Shown: positions 25,906 to 38,165 of the stretch, piece after piece
How the letters are laid out: each line of letters starts with the position of its first letter
How positions within the stretch are numbered: the first letter of the stretch is position 1
The notes under the pieces: model-generated
Told to the model about the DNA's origin: nothing
Database searches by the model: none
Seen by the model: only the letters and a program-made list of their open reading frames with translations
Source of the DNA: Chiloscyllium plagiosum
Lineage: Eukaryota
Direction of reading: 5' to 3'
NCBI RefSeq assembly: GCF_004010195.1
Contig: NC_057749.1
Span: 19,151,538-19,215,537 of the forward strand
DNA: 64,000 nt
Made by a program: the position numbers and the translations under genes

Positions 25906-25914
25906 GCACCAAAT

Positions 25915-27012
25915 AAGAGTCAATGTTCCATCTCCTTTCACTCCCCTTCCCTTCAACTTGGCTGTCTTCATTTCTGGGGATTGGCTGTCTACTAATATAT
26001 ATCACAAGCCCACTGACTTCCACAGCTACAAACTACACTACTCAACTACCTCACACCCTCCACCTATTAAAGATTTAATTCCATTCTCCTAGTTTTTCGA
26101 TCTCTTTTCCACCCATCAGCCTCCACATTCAACAATCATCTTTCAACATTTTTGCATCCGGTACAATGCAATCACCAAACACATTTTCCCCTCTGTCAGT
26201 GTTCCAAAGAAACCATTTTCACCCCAAACACCTTCTATCCCTTTCTATGGTTTGTGGGAGATGTAACACTTACCCAATTATTTATTTCTCTCCTCACTGT
26301 CCAAGACTTCAAAAGTTCCTTTCAGGTGAAATAGTAATTTACTTTCAATTTAGTCAACTATATTCACTGCTAACAGTGCGGCTCCTCTATATTAAGGAAG
26401 CCAAGTGTAGATGGGTGGCGCCGTTGTGGAATATCTCTCTACTCCATATTTAAGTGTGGTTCCAAGCTTCCAAATATTTTAATTCAGCATCTTGCTCTCG
26501 CACTCACATCTCTATCCTTGCTCTGCTATACCATTGCACTGAAGCTAAATCCCTGGTTGGGTTCTTTACAACAATCATTAAATCCAGTAATTTTTGAAAT
26601 TGGACCCTGCCTTTTATTTTTAATTCTTTTATTTTCCATTGCCAGTTTAAATTTTAATTTTTTTTTCCTTTTCAGACAGAACTGTTAATCGTTCCGGCAT
26701 TTACGCTCACTGGATACTTTGTTTCTTCACTAGAACAATTACTACTTCCTTTGCCGTTTGTTCCAGGACATTTTTGCACTGTTGGCATTTAATCTCTCTC
26801 TCAACCTCTTCTTTATTCCGTTTTGTGCTTTCTCCAGCGCCCCACTTTTGACAGCATGAACCCTATCATATTTCAGCCACCCTACAGTTCTAAAGAATAG
26901 CCCTATTTGAACCATAACATAAACTCTGCTTTTCTCTCCACTATGTCGCCAGACTTACTGAGAAGTTGCAGTACATTGCATTTTTATTTCAGACTTCCAA
27001 CATCTGCAGTAC
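25915..27012 (+). mobile_element. Old Penelope-like element (RT C-terminus, GIY-YIG remnant, pLTR)
   Basis: LPFNLAVFISGDWLSTNIYHKPTDFHSY parallels the RT at 6180-6660; LLYIKEAKCR is a YIG remnant; ends TTTCAGACTTCCAACATCTGCAGT. Confidence 0.7.
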
Positions 27013-27341
27013 TTTCACTATCGGAGTAAGTGGCTAGCTATTTAAGACTGAGATGAGGAAAATTTTTTTCATTCCTAGGATTGTAGATCTTTATTGCAGA
27101 AAGTGTGGATCTTTGTAATTGAGAGAGAGATCAAGAGTTTTTGTGACTGAGATAATTTAGCAGTATGGAATAGTAAGGAAAGTTAGAGTTGATACAGAAG
27201 GTCAACCATGATCTTATGTGATGACAGATCAGACTTGAAAAGTACAGTTCCTACTTCTCAATTTCTAGAATGGGCTATTAACTTTCTGAATACCAATGCA
27301 TATTTTCCTCTGCTTCTTGCAAATGCGCTGAAACTAGTTAC

Positions 27342-27463
27342 CTGATGAAGCAGCAGTGCTCTGAAAGCTAGTACCTCCAAATAAACCTGTTGGACTATAA
27401 CTGTGAGATTTTTAACTTTGTCCCACCCCAGTCCAACACTGGCACCTTGACATCATGGCTTTC
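27342..27463 (+). mobile_element. Solo pLTR-like insertion, family B, starting at a hammerhead core; 8-bp TSD
   Basis: TAC-CTGATGA-AGCAGCAGTGCTCT-GAAA-GC-TA-GTA; CTAGTTAC at 27334-27341 and 27464-27471; homologous to 46841-46945. Confidence 0.75.
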
Positions 27464-27708
27464 CTAGTTACGTGATCAAGTCAAAGGTGACTTGCAATTG
27501 ACTTTCACAATGCTGATCTTGCTTAAGAAGAGCATTTTAAAACAATATTTCCACTTATTTAAAAACAAGTCTGCAAGCTAATTTTTGGTTCAGAAGCCAT
27601 ATTCCATCTGAATAAACCTGTATTTTGTCAGGCTTGAGTTGTACCAGTCAAAGGGGTTGCAGAATGCATACTAAGACTACACCCACTGCCACCTAAAATT
27701 TGATTTTT

Positions 27709-28156
27709 GGGCGTGGGTTTGCTCCCTGAGCTGGAAGGTTCATTTTCAGACATTTCGTCACCACACTAGGTAACGTCTTCAGTGAGTCTCCGAATGAAGT
27801 ACTGGTGGTGTAGCCAGCTTTCTATTTATATGCTTGGGTTTCCTTGGGTTGGTGACATCTTATCCTATGGTGATGTTATTTCTTGTTCTTTTTCTCAGGG
27901 GGTGGTAAATGGGATCCAAGTCAATGTGTTTGTTCATAGAGTTCCGCTTGGAATTATTGTGCGTACGTCTGTTCGGCTTGTCCTAGGATGGGTGTGTTGT
28001 CCCAGTCAAAGTGGTGTCCTTCCTCATCCATGTGTAAGGATACCAGTGAGAGTGGGTCATGTCTTTTTGTTGATGTTCATGTATCCTGTTGGCTAGTTTT
28101 CTGCCTGTTTGTCCAATGTAGTGTTTGTTACAGTTCTTGCAAGTTATTTTGCAATG
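27709..28156 (-). mobile_element. Penelope-like 3' end (GIY-YIG endonuclease remnant plus pLTR), family C
   Basis: CKITCKNCNKHYIGQTGRKLANRIHEHQ; possible TSD TTGATTTTT at 27700-27708 and 28157-28165. Confidence 0.85.
27746..27785 (-). ncRNA. Minimal hammerhead motif (family C)
   Basis: Reverse complement TCA-CTGAAGA-C-GTTACC-TAGTGT-GGTGAC-GAAA-TG-TC-TGA. Confidence 0.7.
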
Positions 28157-28371
28157 TTGATTTTTATATTGAACGTTCCTATCTTTGTGATGGGGCTGAT
28201 ACTTTCTCCCCACCTTTCAACCCAGAAAGAAATGTTGTAGATCAGTGGAGCGTGGTGACTTTCTAGGTTCAGGGTGGAAGAAGAGCCATAAGCAGTGCCC
28301 AAACACTTCATTTTTTGGCCTGGGAAATCAAAAGCTATGTTACTCTGGATCTCTCTGCAACTGTTTCACAT

Positions 28372-28451
28372 TCTGGATCAGTGGTGTTGGAAGAACACAG
28401 CAATTCAGGCAGCATCCGACGAGCAGCAAAATCGACGTTTCGGGCAAAAGC
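28372..28451 (-). mobile_element. pLTR fragment of a family-A relative, truncated within hammerhead stem II
   Basis: Reverse complement GCTTTTGCCCGAAACGTCGATTTTGCTGCTCGTCGGATGCTGCCTGAA. Confidence 0.7.
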
Positions 28452-28606
28452 ATTAAAGTAACAGCAAAGGCAGCATTTCTCTTTGGTAGTCCTTTGAAAT
28501 GAGGATGATCCTTGCTCATTGAATGAACCTGCTTGTGGAATTTTTTAATATGAGAAGATGCTGTTACACGACAGCTATCATACCATACTGACTAACTAAG
28601 AAACCC

Positions 28607-28741
28607 ATTCATTCCTGAAGAAGGGCTTATGCCCGAAACATCGATTTTCCTGCTCCTCGGATGCTGACTGACCTGCTGCGCTTTTCCAGCACCACACTTT
28701 TCAACTCTGGTCTCCAGCATCTGCTGTCCTCACTTTCTCTG
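28607..28741 (+). mobile_element. Solo pLTR (family A) with hammerhead motif and 13-bp TSD
   Basis: CTGAAGA(28615)-A-GGGC-TTAT-GCCC-GAAA-CA-TC-GA; AACTAAGAAACCC at 28594-28606 and 28742-28754. Confidence 0.88.
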
Positions 28742-29304
28742 AACTAAGAAACCCTCTCTGACTCTCAACTCCCTATCATAGGCATATTGGAAAACTTTCC
28801 TAGTTGATGGTCAACCTGTTTAATTGCATTTTGACACAATTCCTTTGGTCATCAAGTCCTGAGGTGGAACTTGATCCAAGAGCTTCTGGCTTTGAGGGAT
28901 TCCTTTGAACAAAGGAACCAGTTCTTCCTTTTTCAAAATTTTTACATCACAGTCAGTAATGCACATAAGACAACCCCAGCCACTCCCCCACAGTCACATG
29001 CCACTGAACACACAATGCAGTGACGTGATTATCTCCAGAAACAACATAATGTAAATCATCTCCTAATGGCAAGATCTGGTGTGAATTGTTTTTTTTAACT
29101 GTAGGGAGTAGTCAGAATTTCAGTGTTCTTATTGATTCTGAATAGGAGATGATAATGTAAATTTACTCTGAATTATAGGAGATGTGAATGTAAATTTTTT
29201 TACTTTGTACCTGTGATATAGAAACATACCACTCTACCCCCGGGGGCATCCAATTTCTTGAAGGTCAGCAGAGCAAAGTAACTCCTTAACATTCAACAAG
29301 AGCA

Positions 29305-30575
29305 GAATTGGGCATTTGGCCCATCAAGTCTGCTCTGCCATTTGATCGTGGCTCACATGTTTCTCAATCCCTTTCCCCTGCCCTCTCTATAGAATCTTTA
29401 ATCCCCTTTCTAACCAAGAAACTGCCTGTCTCTGTCTTAAATACAGTCAATAATTTAGCCTCCACAGCCTTCTGTGGCAATGAATTCCACAGATTCACAA
29501 CCCAGTGGCTGAAGAAATTTCTCCTCATTTCGGTGCTAAAGGGCTATCCCTTCACTCTGAGGCTACACCCTCAAACCCTAGTCTTTCCTACTGGTGAAAA
29601 TATTTTATCTGCGTCCACTCCATCCAGGCCTGTCTGTATTCTATATATTTCAATAAGATTCCCCCACCCCCATCCTTCTAAATTCCAAGTATAGACCTAG
29701 AGTCCTCGACCACTTCTGATATGACTAGTCTTTCATCCCAGGGATCATCCGTGTAAACAGCCTCTGGAAACCCTCCAAGCCATTGCATTCTTTATTAGAT
29801 ATGTGATCAATACTCCAAATGCAATCAGACCAAAGCCTTGTGTAACCTCAGTAGTATGTCCCTATTCTATATTCTAGCCCTCTCACAATGAATGCTAACA
29901 TCTCATTTGCCTTCCTAACTGCCAAGTGCACCTGCATAATAACCTTAACACTCTCATGAACTGGGACTCTGAAGTCCCTTTGTGCTTTTGATTTACAAAG
30001 CCTTTCTCCATTTAGAAAATAATCTGCCATCTCTATTCTTCCTACCAAAATGCATAACCCCTCATTTTCTCTCATTGTATTCCATCTATCATTTCTGTGT
30101 CCACTCTCCTAGCCTTTCAAGTCCTTCTGCAGCTTTCCACCTCCTCAAAACTAACTGCCCATTCATCTACCTTTATGTCATCTGCAAACTGAACAACACT
30201 GCCCTTAATTACTTTGTCCAGATAGTTAATGTATAACCTGAATAGTTGTGGTCCCAACACTGATCCTTGCGGAACTCCACTAGCCACTAGGCTGCTATCT
30301 TGAAAAAACACTTCTTTATCCCCCACTCTCTGCCTTCTGTCAGTCAGCGGACCCTCTATCCGTGCCAGTACCTTGCCCCTAACACCATGGCCTCTTATTG
30401 TATTGAGCAGTCTCCTGTACGGCACCTTGTCACAGACCTGGAAACCCAAGTAGGTCAAAACCACCTGCTGTCCTTTCTCTAATTTGCTCATTACTTCCGC
30501 ATGATCTCTCTGGACAAAGTCGTGCTGATTCAGATCTATCTTACCACACAGTTCCAAGTACTCTGCATTCTCATC
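29305..30575 (-). mobile_element. CR1 LINE (second subfamily), degenerate ORF2 3' half
   Basis: SGVPQGSVLGPQLF..YINYLD...FADDIK. Confidence 0.88.
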
Positions 30576-30992
30576 CTTAACAATGGACCCTCAAATTTTA
30601 CCGACAAGTACACTGACTTCATTTTTATTGATGGTTTGATTAACAGCCTGAAAATGTATGCTCAGTATCTTGTCTTCCTGGAAAGGTTTTCTGTACATTG
30701 TAAATGTCACCTATTTCAGATTGTGGCATGGAAATTGACATCAGTTGGTGTGAGATTTCTGAATTGTGATGAATGGGAAATGTTTTAGTACACTAGTAGA
30801 TCTCCTGTTAATATTGCTCATGGTGAGGCAGAGGAAGCTGTCTCAGAATAATGCTGTTAGCCTTTTGTGGGAAGTTGTTACAGGAAATAAAATAGAGGTG
30901 GAGTCTCGTTCCTGCTTTTGCATCCTCCTCCTGCCTCCATTTACATAGAACAGTACAACACAGGAACGGGCCCTTCGACCCACCGTGTCTGT

Positions 30993-31388
30993 TAGCGAAT
31001 TTTGAGAAGATTTGTACCTCAAGTTGAGGTTCTGGATATAAGTTTGCACACTGAGCTGGAAAGTTGGTTTTCAGATGTTTCGTCGCCATACGCGGTAACA
31101 TCATCAGTGAGCCTCCATGAAGCACTGGTGGTGTAGCCCGCTTTCTATTTATATGTTTGGGTTTCCTTGGGTTGGTGATGTCATTTGCTGTAACATCTGG
31201 AAAAAAAGAACAGGAAATGACATTACCCTAGGAAATGATGTCATTGGCCCTAGGAAACTCAAAGATATAATTAGAAAGTGGGCTATACCAGCAGTGCTTC
31301 TTTCAGAGGCTCACTGAAGATGTTATCTAGTATGGTAACGAAATGTCTGAAAATGAACCTTCCAGCTCAGCAAGCAAACCTACATCCA
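30993..31388. mobile_element. MITE-like element made of two inverted family-C pLTRs, nested in a CR1-type tail
   Basis: 31030-31165 is inverted relative to ~31265-31386; TSD CCACCRTGTCTGT at 30980-30992 and 31389-31401; hammerhead motifs at 31071-31110 (-) and 31311-31350 (+). Confidence 0.85.
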
Positions 31389-31765
31389 CCACCATGTCTG
31401 TGTCGACCATGATACCATTTAAAACTAATACCATCTTCTTGCACATGATCCCTATTACTCTATCCCCTGCTTGTTCATGTGTCTGTTTCAATGCCTCTTA
31501 AATATTGCTATTGTATTTCCCACACTTCCTACAATTATTCTTAAATTCAAAAGCTTATATTTTTGCTGGATATACGCTACAATCATTATTAACTAAAAGA
31601 TGGTATTAGGAGGCAGGATTTACAATGCGAGTCACACACTCAAATATTGATTAAGTTCCATTTTCACACCATATGCAATTTGACATTTTCCCGATAGATG
31701 AATGTGAAGGGTTAGTGTTTAACTTTGGGTATCAGTGTATCAGTCACCACCTTTATCTGCTGCAG

Positions 31766-31945
31766 GTTTCAGCTATGCCTCAGAGCTCTGGCAGTCACAG
31801 CCATACTCCAGCTGTACACAGTGGGCACCATCACACTGCATCAGTTCAACCTCATGGACAGCAGGTGGTACCCCAGAGCCATGCCCATCCTCCAGGAGCA
31901 CCAACCACTCCGGTCCAAGGTCAGCAGCAGTTCCAGAGGCTAAAG
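31766..31945 (+). CDS. SIN3A: SIN3A coding exon 2 (VSAMPQSSG...QFQRLK)
   Basis: TGCAG| acceptor, AAG|GTGAG donor, 180 nt, phase 0-0. Confidence 0.95.
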
Positions 31946-32772
31946 GTGAGTTCTCCTTATCATAACAGGCGTAGTATTTTTAAAAATAATCTAATTTCAA
32001 AGTTTAAGGTGGATTTATCCTAAAATTTATATTTGAAATAAGGAAAACAAACTGTCCTCCTGTAATTTGCGTCAGGAGATACATCCCATAAAAATAAGCT
32101 AACTTAATTGCATACATCTGTCATGTGGAGTTTCTTTCAGTGAAGAGAGTCATTTGTGTCTGCCTGTCACAGGCTAAGAGGTTAAAGACACATTAATGAG
32201 TTTTTAATGCGGTTCAAAAGGATTGTTAACATTAAAAATTGGAAATTTATTCTGCCTTCACAATAAGTCTTGAATACCAATATGGTTAATGCATGTGAGA
32301 AGGACATAACAACATGTCTGTGATATAATGAGTTAATTGTTAGAAAGCAAATATTTCACATCATCACTTAACGAATAAAGGAAGAAGTTCGGAGTTTTTT
32401 TAAATGAAGATAATTGACACTTGGAATCGGACACTAAGTATTAGTATTTCGAAAAGTCGCGTAAAACATTTGAAATGGATGGTTCCCTCAGAGAGTGGGG
32501 AAAATGGGCTGAATGGCCTTTGTTTCTGCCGTTAGATTCTGTCAAAGAATTCAGGTGATGATTTGAACCATACGAATGAAGAGAAAACAATTTGCTAACA
32601 TTATATGAAATTCTAACTTTGTGATAATATATTGATGGAGTTTATAGGTGCAGATTAATTCTGCTTTTGTTCTACCCTAAGTTACTATCATGATGGCTAA
32701 TTACTTTTGAATTAGTAACTTGTAGAACTGTTGGCTTTTCTATCATTGCATGCTGTAATGTTCTTTTAACAT

Positions 32773-32813
32773 TATATTGTTATATTTACAATATTGTTAT
32801 ATTTACAATATTG
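32773..32813. repeat. 17-bp tandem repeat (ATATTGTTATATTTACA) x~2.3
   Basis: Read directly. Confidence 0.8.
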
Positions 32814-33544
32814 CATCCTCAATATAATATCCTGCATTATTCTCGGACTTGTTACATTAATTGGTCCTAGAATTTATAGCTATGCCCATGGTATGTCAAC
32901 CTTACATTGTACCAGGGCTTGTCATTCTCTGCGTTTATATGATGAAATTACTGTTTTTTTGTAAAGGTTGATGTAAGCAATTTAAAAGGAAGTAACTGGG
33001 GGAACTCATCTTATTTTGCTGATACTTGCTTGTGTGTGAGGATTACTTGTGTGGAATTCGTTCCGGTGTGTGTAATTTGCAGAATCTGCTTATTTTTGAG
33101 TTTATTGCCCATGCTGTTTTTGTAGATTTTAAATTGGCACAGAATCTCCATCAATTTTGTTTGTGCTTTATCAGTTTGATTTTAATCTACATTATACAAG
33201 GGTTTCTCCTTCCAAAGTGATTCATTTATTATAAAGTAATGGGGTGATCTAAGGATTGAGGTTTTCTTTATCCTCTTGCTTTTTTTTCTTTTATCTCTTT
33301 TACACTCTCTTCTTTCACCCATTGTTCTTTGTTTCACACCCTCCATAACACACTTCACATTCCCCATCAAGTTTAATTAGAGGAATGTGGGAGCAGTATG
33401 AAACCATTACCTGGTAAAGCAGACCTATTAGAAAGTGATCCTATGAAAATGTAATCAGACATTGTATGATGAGATATCTGTTGCACTCTACCGTCATGAC
33501 AACATAATCCATTGTAGCACAGTCTGTCATGTACTCTGACTCCC

Positions 33545-34050
33545 CAGCATCTGTCCACTATCTACAAGACACAAATCAGGAAGTATGACGTATTACTCCT
33601 CAATTACCTGGATGGGTGTATCTTCAACAACACTCAAGAAGCTTGACACTATCCAGGACAAGGCAACCTGCTTGATTGGCACTACATCCACAAGTATTCC
33701 CTCCACCACAAGCGTTCCATAACAGCACTATGTACCATTTACAAGATGCACTGCAGAAATTATCCAAGGATCCTTAGACAATACCTTTCAAACCCACAGC
33801 CACTTCAATGTAGAAGGGCAGCAAATATGTGTGAAGACCATCTCCTGCAAGTTCCCCTCCAAGCCACTCACTATTCTGACTTGGAAATATATCACCATTC
33901 CTTCACTGTCGCTTTCCACCTGAACAGCATTGTGGGTCTTTCTATAGAACATGAACTGCAGCAGTTCAAGAAGACAACTCACCACCACCTCTTCAAGAGC
34001 AACTAGGGATGGGCAGTAAATGCTGGCCAGCCAACGATGCAGGTGCCCCA
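33545..34050 (+). mobile_element. Non-LTR retrotransposon 3' fragment (same family as 7368-7850); inverted tail pieces at ~34170-34375
   Basis: STTLKKLDTIQDKATCLIG-coding segment and GCAACTAGGGATGGGCAGTAAATGCTGGCC tail. Confidence 0.75.
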
Positions 34051-34863
34051 TGAGAGAGGGAAAAAAACCCCACTTATAGTAACAAGTGCCAGTACCAGTA
34101 TTTGTTTCTGAGTCTCCGGTATACCTTTCTGATGTTGTGTAGCATTTGTGGTGCAGAAATAGCATTTTAAAATTCATTCTTGAGTTGTGAGCAGTGCTGG
34201 CTGGGCCATTTACAACGCATTCCTAGTTCCCCTGAGGGTGGGCGTGAGCTACTTTCTTGAATTTTTCTTGAGCATTTATTGCCCACCCTTAGTTCCCCTT
34301 AAGTTGATCGTGAGCTGTTTTCTTAAACTGCACTTGTAGCTAAACCCACAATGCCATCAGGGAGAGAGTTCCAGCACAATGCTTTAAGATTTAATCTTTT
34401 ATTGATGGTTGAAATGTTGCTTAATGCCACACTGGTATTGCTATCCCTGATCACATTGTATTGTGAACAGGGATAGTGTGAATAGTGTTGTGCAATGTTA
34501 TAACAGCTGTTGTATCACTTGCCATGTGATGGTATTATTCTACCCTAGTGTGTTGCCCAAAAGTCTGAGTGTCATTGCTAATGTAGAGTATACATTTGAC
34601 ATTAAAAGCAATGCGGCATATGTATTTCTTTCAATGTCCTGGATGGTAATTAGTAATTCTGGTTCTAGTTCGACAGTTTGAGTGGCACCTTAATGAGGCA
34701 AGGCAAGGAGGTGACCTTCCAAGAAATTACCACATTTGGCATTGGGATTGAGCCCGTATTGTTGGTGTCATGTTGCATCACACTATACCCATCTTGCCAA
34801 CTGAGCTAACTGACTCCATCCAGGCTTGCCCTGTATGAATGTCACTTTTCATTGTGATTTTGA

Positions 34864-35139
<276 letters not shown>

Positions 35140-35399
35140 TGATGAGTGTGTAATCTGAACATTTGCTTTAGAGAAGAATTCTGACCACTATGTTCAATGA
35201 ATGCAAGAACCCTATAGAGGTGTTACAGCACAGAGGAGACAGTCAACCTGCTGAATCTATGCTTGCAATCTTTAGAACAATCTCACAGCCAGCTCTATGC
35301 TTGTAACTTTACAGTTTTATTTCCCTCAAGTGTTTTTACAATAATTGATTGTTTCACCACTCCCACAGGCAGCAGGTTTGATAAACACTTCTTGAACTG

Positions 35400-36624
35400 A
35401 AGGGTGTATGCTGCAGTGAATTCTATAAAGGCATGAACCAGGGCAAATACACTTTTTCTCTCTTTCTTTTTCTGAGATTAAATATGAAGCTGGAATAAAA
35501 GCAGGGCTTCTTCCACTTGGAGGGTTGGATTATCCTCAGCAATAATATTCTTTTCAGCTCAAAACATAAGGAGACACACTGGTAAATTTAAAAAAAAAAT
35601 TTGGGGCAGACATATCTTCCAGACTCAAACATATGGCCGCCATTTTTAAAAGGTTTCAGCAATTCAAGAAGCATATCATGAACGTTTCAGGGCAATTAAG
35701 GATTTGTAGTGCAAGTTGGTCCAGCCAGCATGAACAAATTTTAAAAAACAAAGAAAGTCAACAGATGTGTTAAAGTCATATTTGACTGAACCAATTGAAC
35801 TTTTCTGAAGAATTACCAGAGAAGGTTTATGTCAAAAATGCAGTTAATGTTATCTATATGGATTTTAAGAAAGTATTTAACAATGTTTCAAAAGCCAACA
35901 GGCTATACAAGTTGAACTGAAAGGATCATAATAACTTTGAAACATTCATTGTATTTCTCTCTCCATAGACGTCTGCTGAATTTCTCTAGCACTGCTTACA
36001 TCTGCCATGCCTGATCTTTATCATTTTTAAAATCCATGCTAATACTGACTGTCCAATTCTATGAGTCTTAATTTCGTTAACTTGTATAGCCTGTTGGCTT
36101 TTGAAACATTGTCAAATGCTTTTTAAAATCCATATGGACAACATTCACTGCGTTCTTGATATAAACCTTTTCTGGTAATTCTTCAGAAAAGTTCAATTTG
36201 TTCAGTCAAATATGACTTTAACACAACTGTGTTGACTTTTTGTTTTTTTAAATTTGTTCATGCATGCTGCTGGCTGGACCAACTTGCACCGCAAATCCTA
36301 AATTGCCCTGAGAAGTTCATGATATGCTACCTTCTTGAACTGCTGAAACCTTTAAAAAAATGGCAGCCATATGTTTGAATCTGGAAGATTGTGGCAGGCT
36401 TCAGAATTTCTGCCCCAAATTCTTTTTTTTTTAAAACTTAACTGTGTGTCTCATGTTTTGAGCTGAAAAGAATATTATTGCTGAGGACAATCCAACTCTC
36501 CCCAAGTGGAACAAGCCCTGTTTTTATTCCAGCTTCATATTTAATCTCAGAAAAAGAGAAAATCCTACCAAGTATATTTGCCCTGGTTCATGCCTTTATA
36601 AAATTCACTGCAGCATACACCCTT
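35400..36624. repeat. Long inverted repeat: arms 35400-35913 and 36079-36624, spacer ~165 bp
   Basis: AAGGGTGTATGCTGCAGTGAATT...CCAACAGGCTATACAAGTT versus AACTTGTATAGCCTGTTGG...AATTCACTGCAGCATACACCCTT; colinear throughout. Confidence 0.95.
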
Positions 36625-36678
36625 AATCTCTTATCATACTCTCGACCTGCCACCTGCCTTTTTGTAAGGACTGTGTGT

Positions 36679-36718
36679 GGGCTGGGGTTGGGTGGGGTGG
36701 GGTGGGGTGGGGTGGGGG
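36679..36718 (+). repeat. (GGGGT)n G-rich tract, G-quadruplex-forming motif
   Basis: Eight consecutive G3-G5 runs with 1-2 nt loops. Confidence 0.8.
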
Positions 36719-37343
36719 TGTGTGTGACTGCAAGGTTGGCCTTTGCCACTGATGGGAGTCCTCCATGGGCCACCGAATGCCAGGTCAGGAGTGTGTCACC
36801 TCAGCATATCTATCCTGCCTTATCCTGAATTCTCTCGGCTCAACACTATGGTAATAAAGTGAAGGAAACTTTAAGTTCGCGATAACTTAAGTAAATGAAA
36901 AACTTAATTGAACTTAAGAAAGAAAAATCAACACTTAATAAAACAAAAACATGTACCAACTAATTTTGTTATATAAACATTCTTGGAGTCTACAAGAACA
37001 GGAACGGAGGACTAATTGAATAACCCTTTCAAAGAGCTGGTACCTGTGTTATTCTTTCTGTACTGTAAAATTTGTCAGTTCTAACCACCACAGCCAATTT
37101 TGTGCAGAGAAAAGTCCAGCAAACACAATGGGGGTAGATGATTTAATTAATCAGAGCTGTGAATGCAGCTGTGTAAAGTTCGTAGGAATGATGACAACCT
37201 TATTAATGAGTGACATTAGTGGAAATATTTCAGGCTTAATGAAGACGTGCAGATAATAAATGCAATGGATTGATTAGATGGATTGAAGCTGATGAATTCC
37301 TCAGGGTTTTGAATTTTAATCTTCTCTTTTTAAAATGTTGCAG

Positions 37344-37623
37344 CATTGATACCCCCGGAGTGATCAGCCGAGTTTCCCAGCTCTTCAAAGGGCATCCTGA
37401 CCTCATCATGGGCTTCAACACCTTCCTTCCTCCAGGCTACAAAATTGAGGTGCAGACAAATGACTTAGTGAATGTGACGACGCCAGGGCAAGTCCATCAA
37501 ATCACACCTCAGCATGCTGCCCAGCCGCAGCCCCAGCAACAACATCAGCAGCAACCCCAGCAACATGCTGCCCCTGCTCCAGCACAGCCAGCACCACAAC
37601 CACCACCTGCCAAAATTCCCAAG
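37344..37623 (+). CDS. SIN3A: SIN3A coding exon 4 (PAH1 C-half plus Q/P-rich linker)
   Basis: TTGCAG| acceptor, AAG|GTGAG donor, 280 nt, phase 2-0; [35 protein letters not shown]. Confidence 0.96.
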
Positions 37624-37954
37624 GTGAGCATATGTAAAATGACATGACAAATTTCCTAACATTCTGAGAGTTGTGTAATCTGAGTCACTTTTAACTGCTG
37701 TTAGGTTTTCAACTTTTTTTTTCAACTGGCAGGATCAGAGGTTTCATCCTCCCATTATCTTTTGTGTAAACCTGCGTATACCAAATCACTGTGCCATCTC
37801 TCTGTATCACTCCAAGCTTACTTTTTGAATTTTCTTCCCCAATTGCTATTCTTTACCTTCATGGATCAGCCTTTGAATTGGGAGTAGCATCTTCACTTTG
37901 ATGCTAGCATTGGTTTTGGAGAGTTGAATAGAGGTGCCGCAAGCTAAGATGCCC

Positions 37955-38165
37955 TGTGTCACTCTGTGAAGTGGCTAGGCTGAACGTGGAGATGTTTCCA
38001 CCAGGAGGAGACATCAGAGTGAAGAGACAACCCTTTAGAACTGAGATGAGTTAGAATTCCTTCAGCCTGAGGATGGTGCATCTGTGGAACACTTTGCCAC
38101 AGAAGACTGTGGAGGCCAAGACATTGAGTGGACTTAAGACAGAGATGGATAGGTTCTTGATTAGT
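37955..38165 (+). mobile_element. CR1 3' fragment
   Basis: TTCAGCCTGAGGATGGTGCATCTGTGGAACACTTTGCCACAGAAG; inverse of the 29400-29600 segment. Confidence 0.7.
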
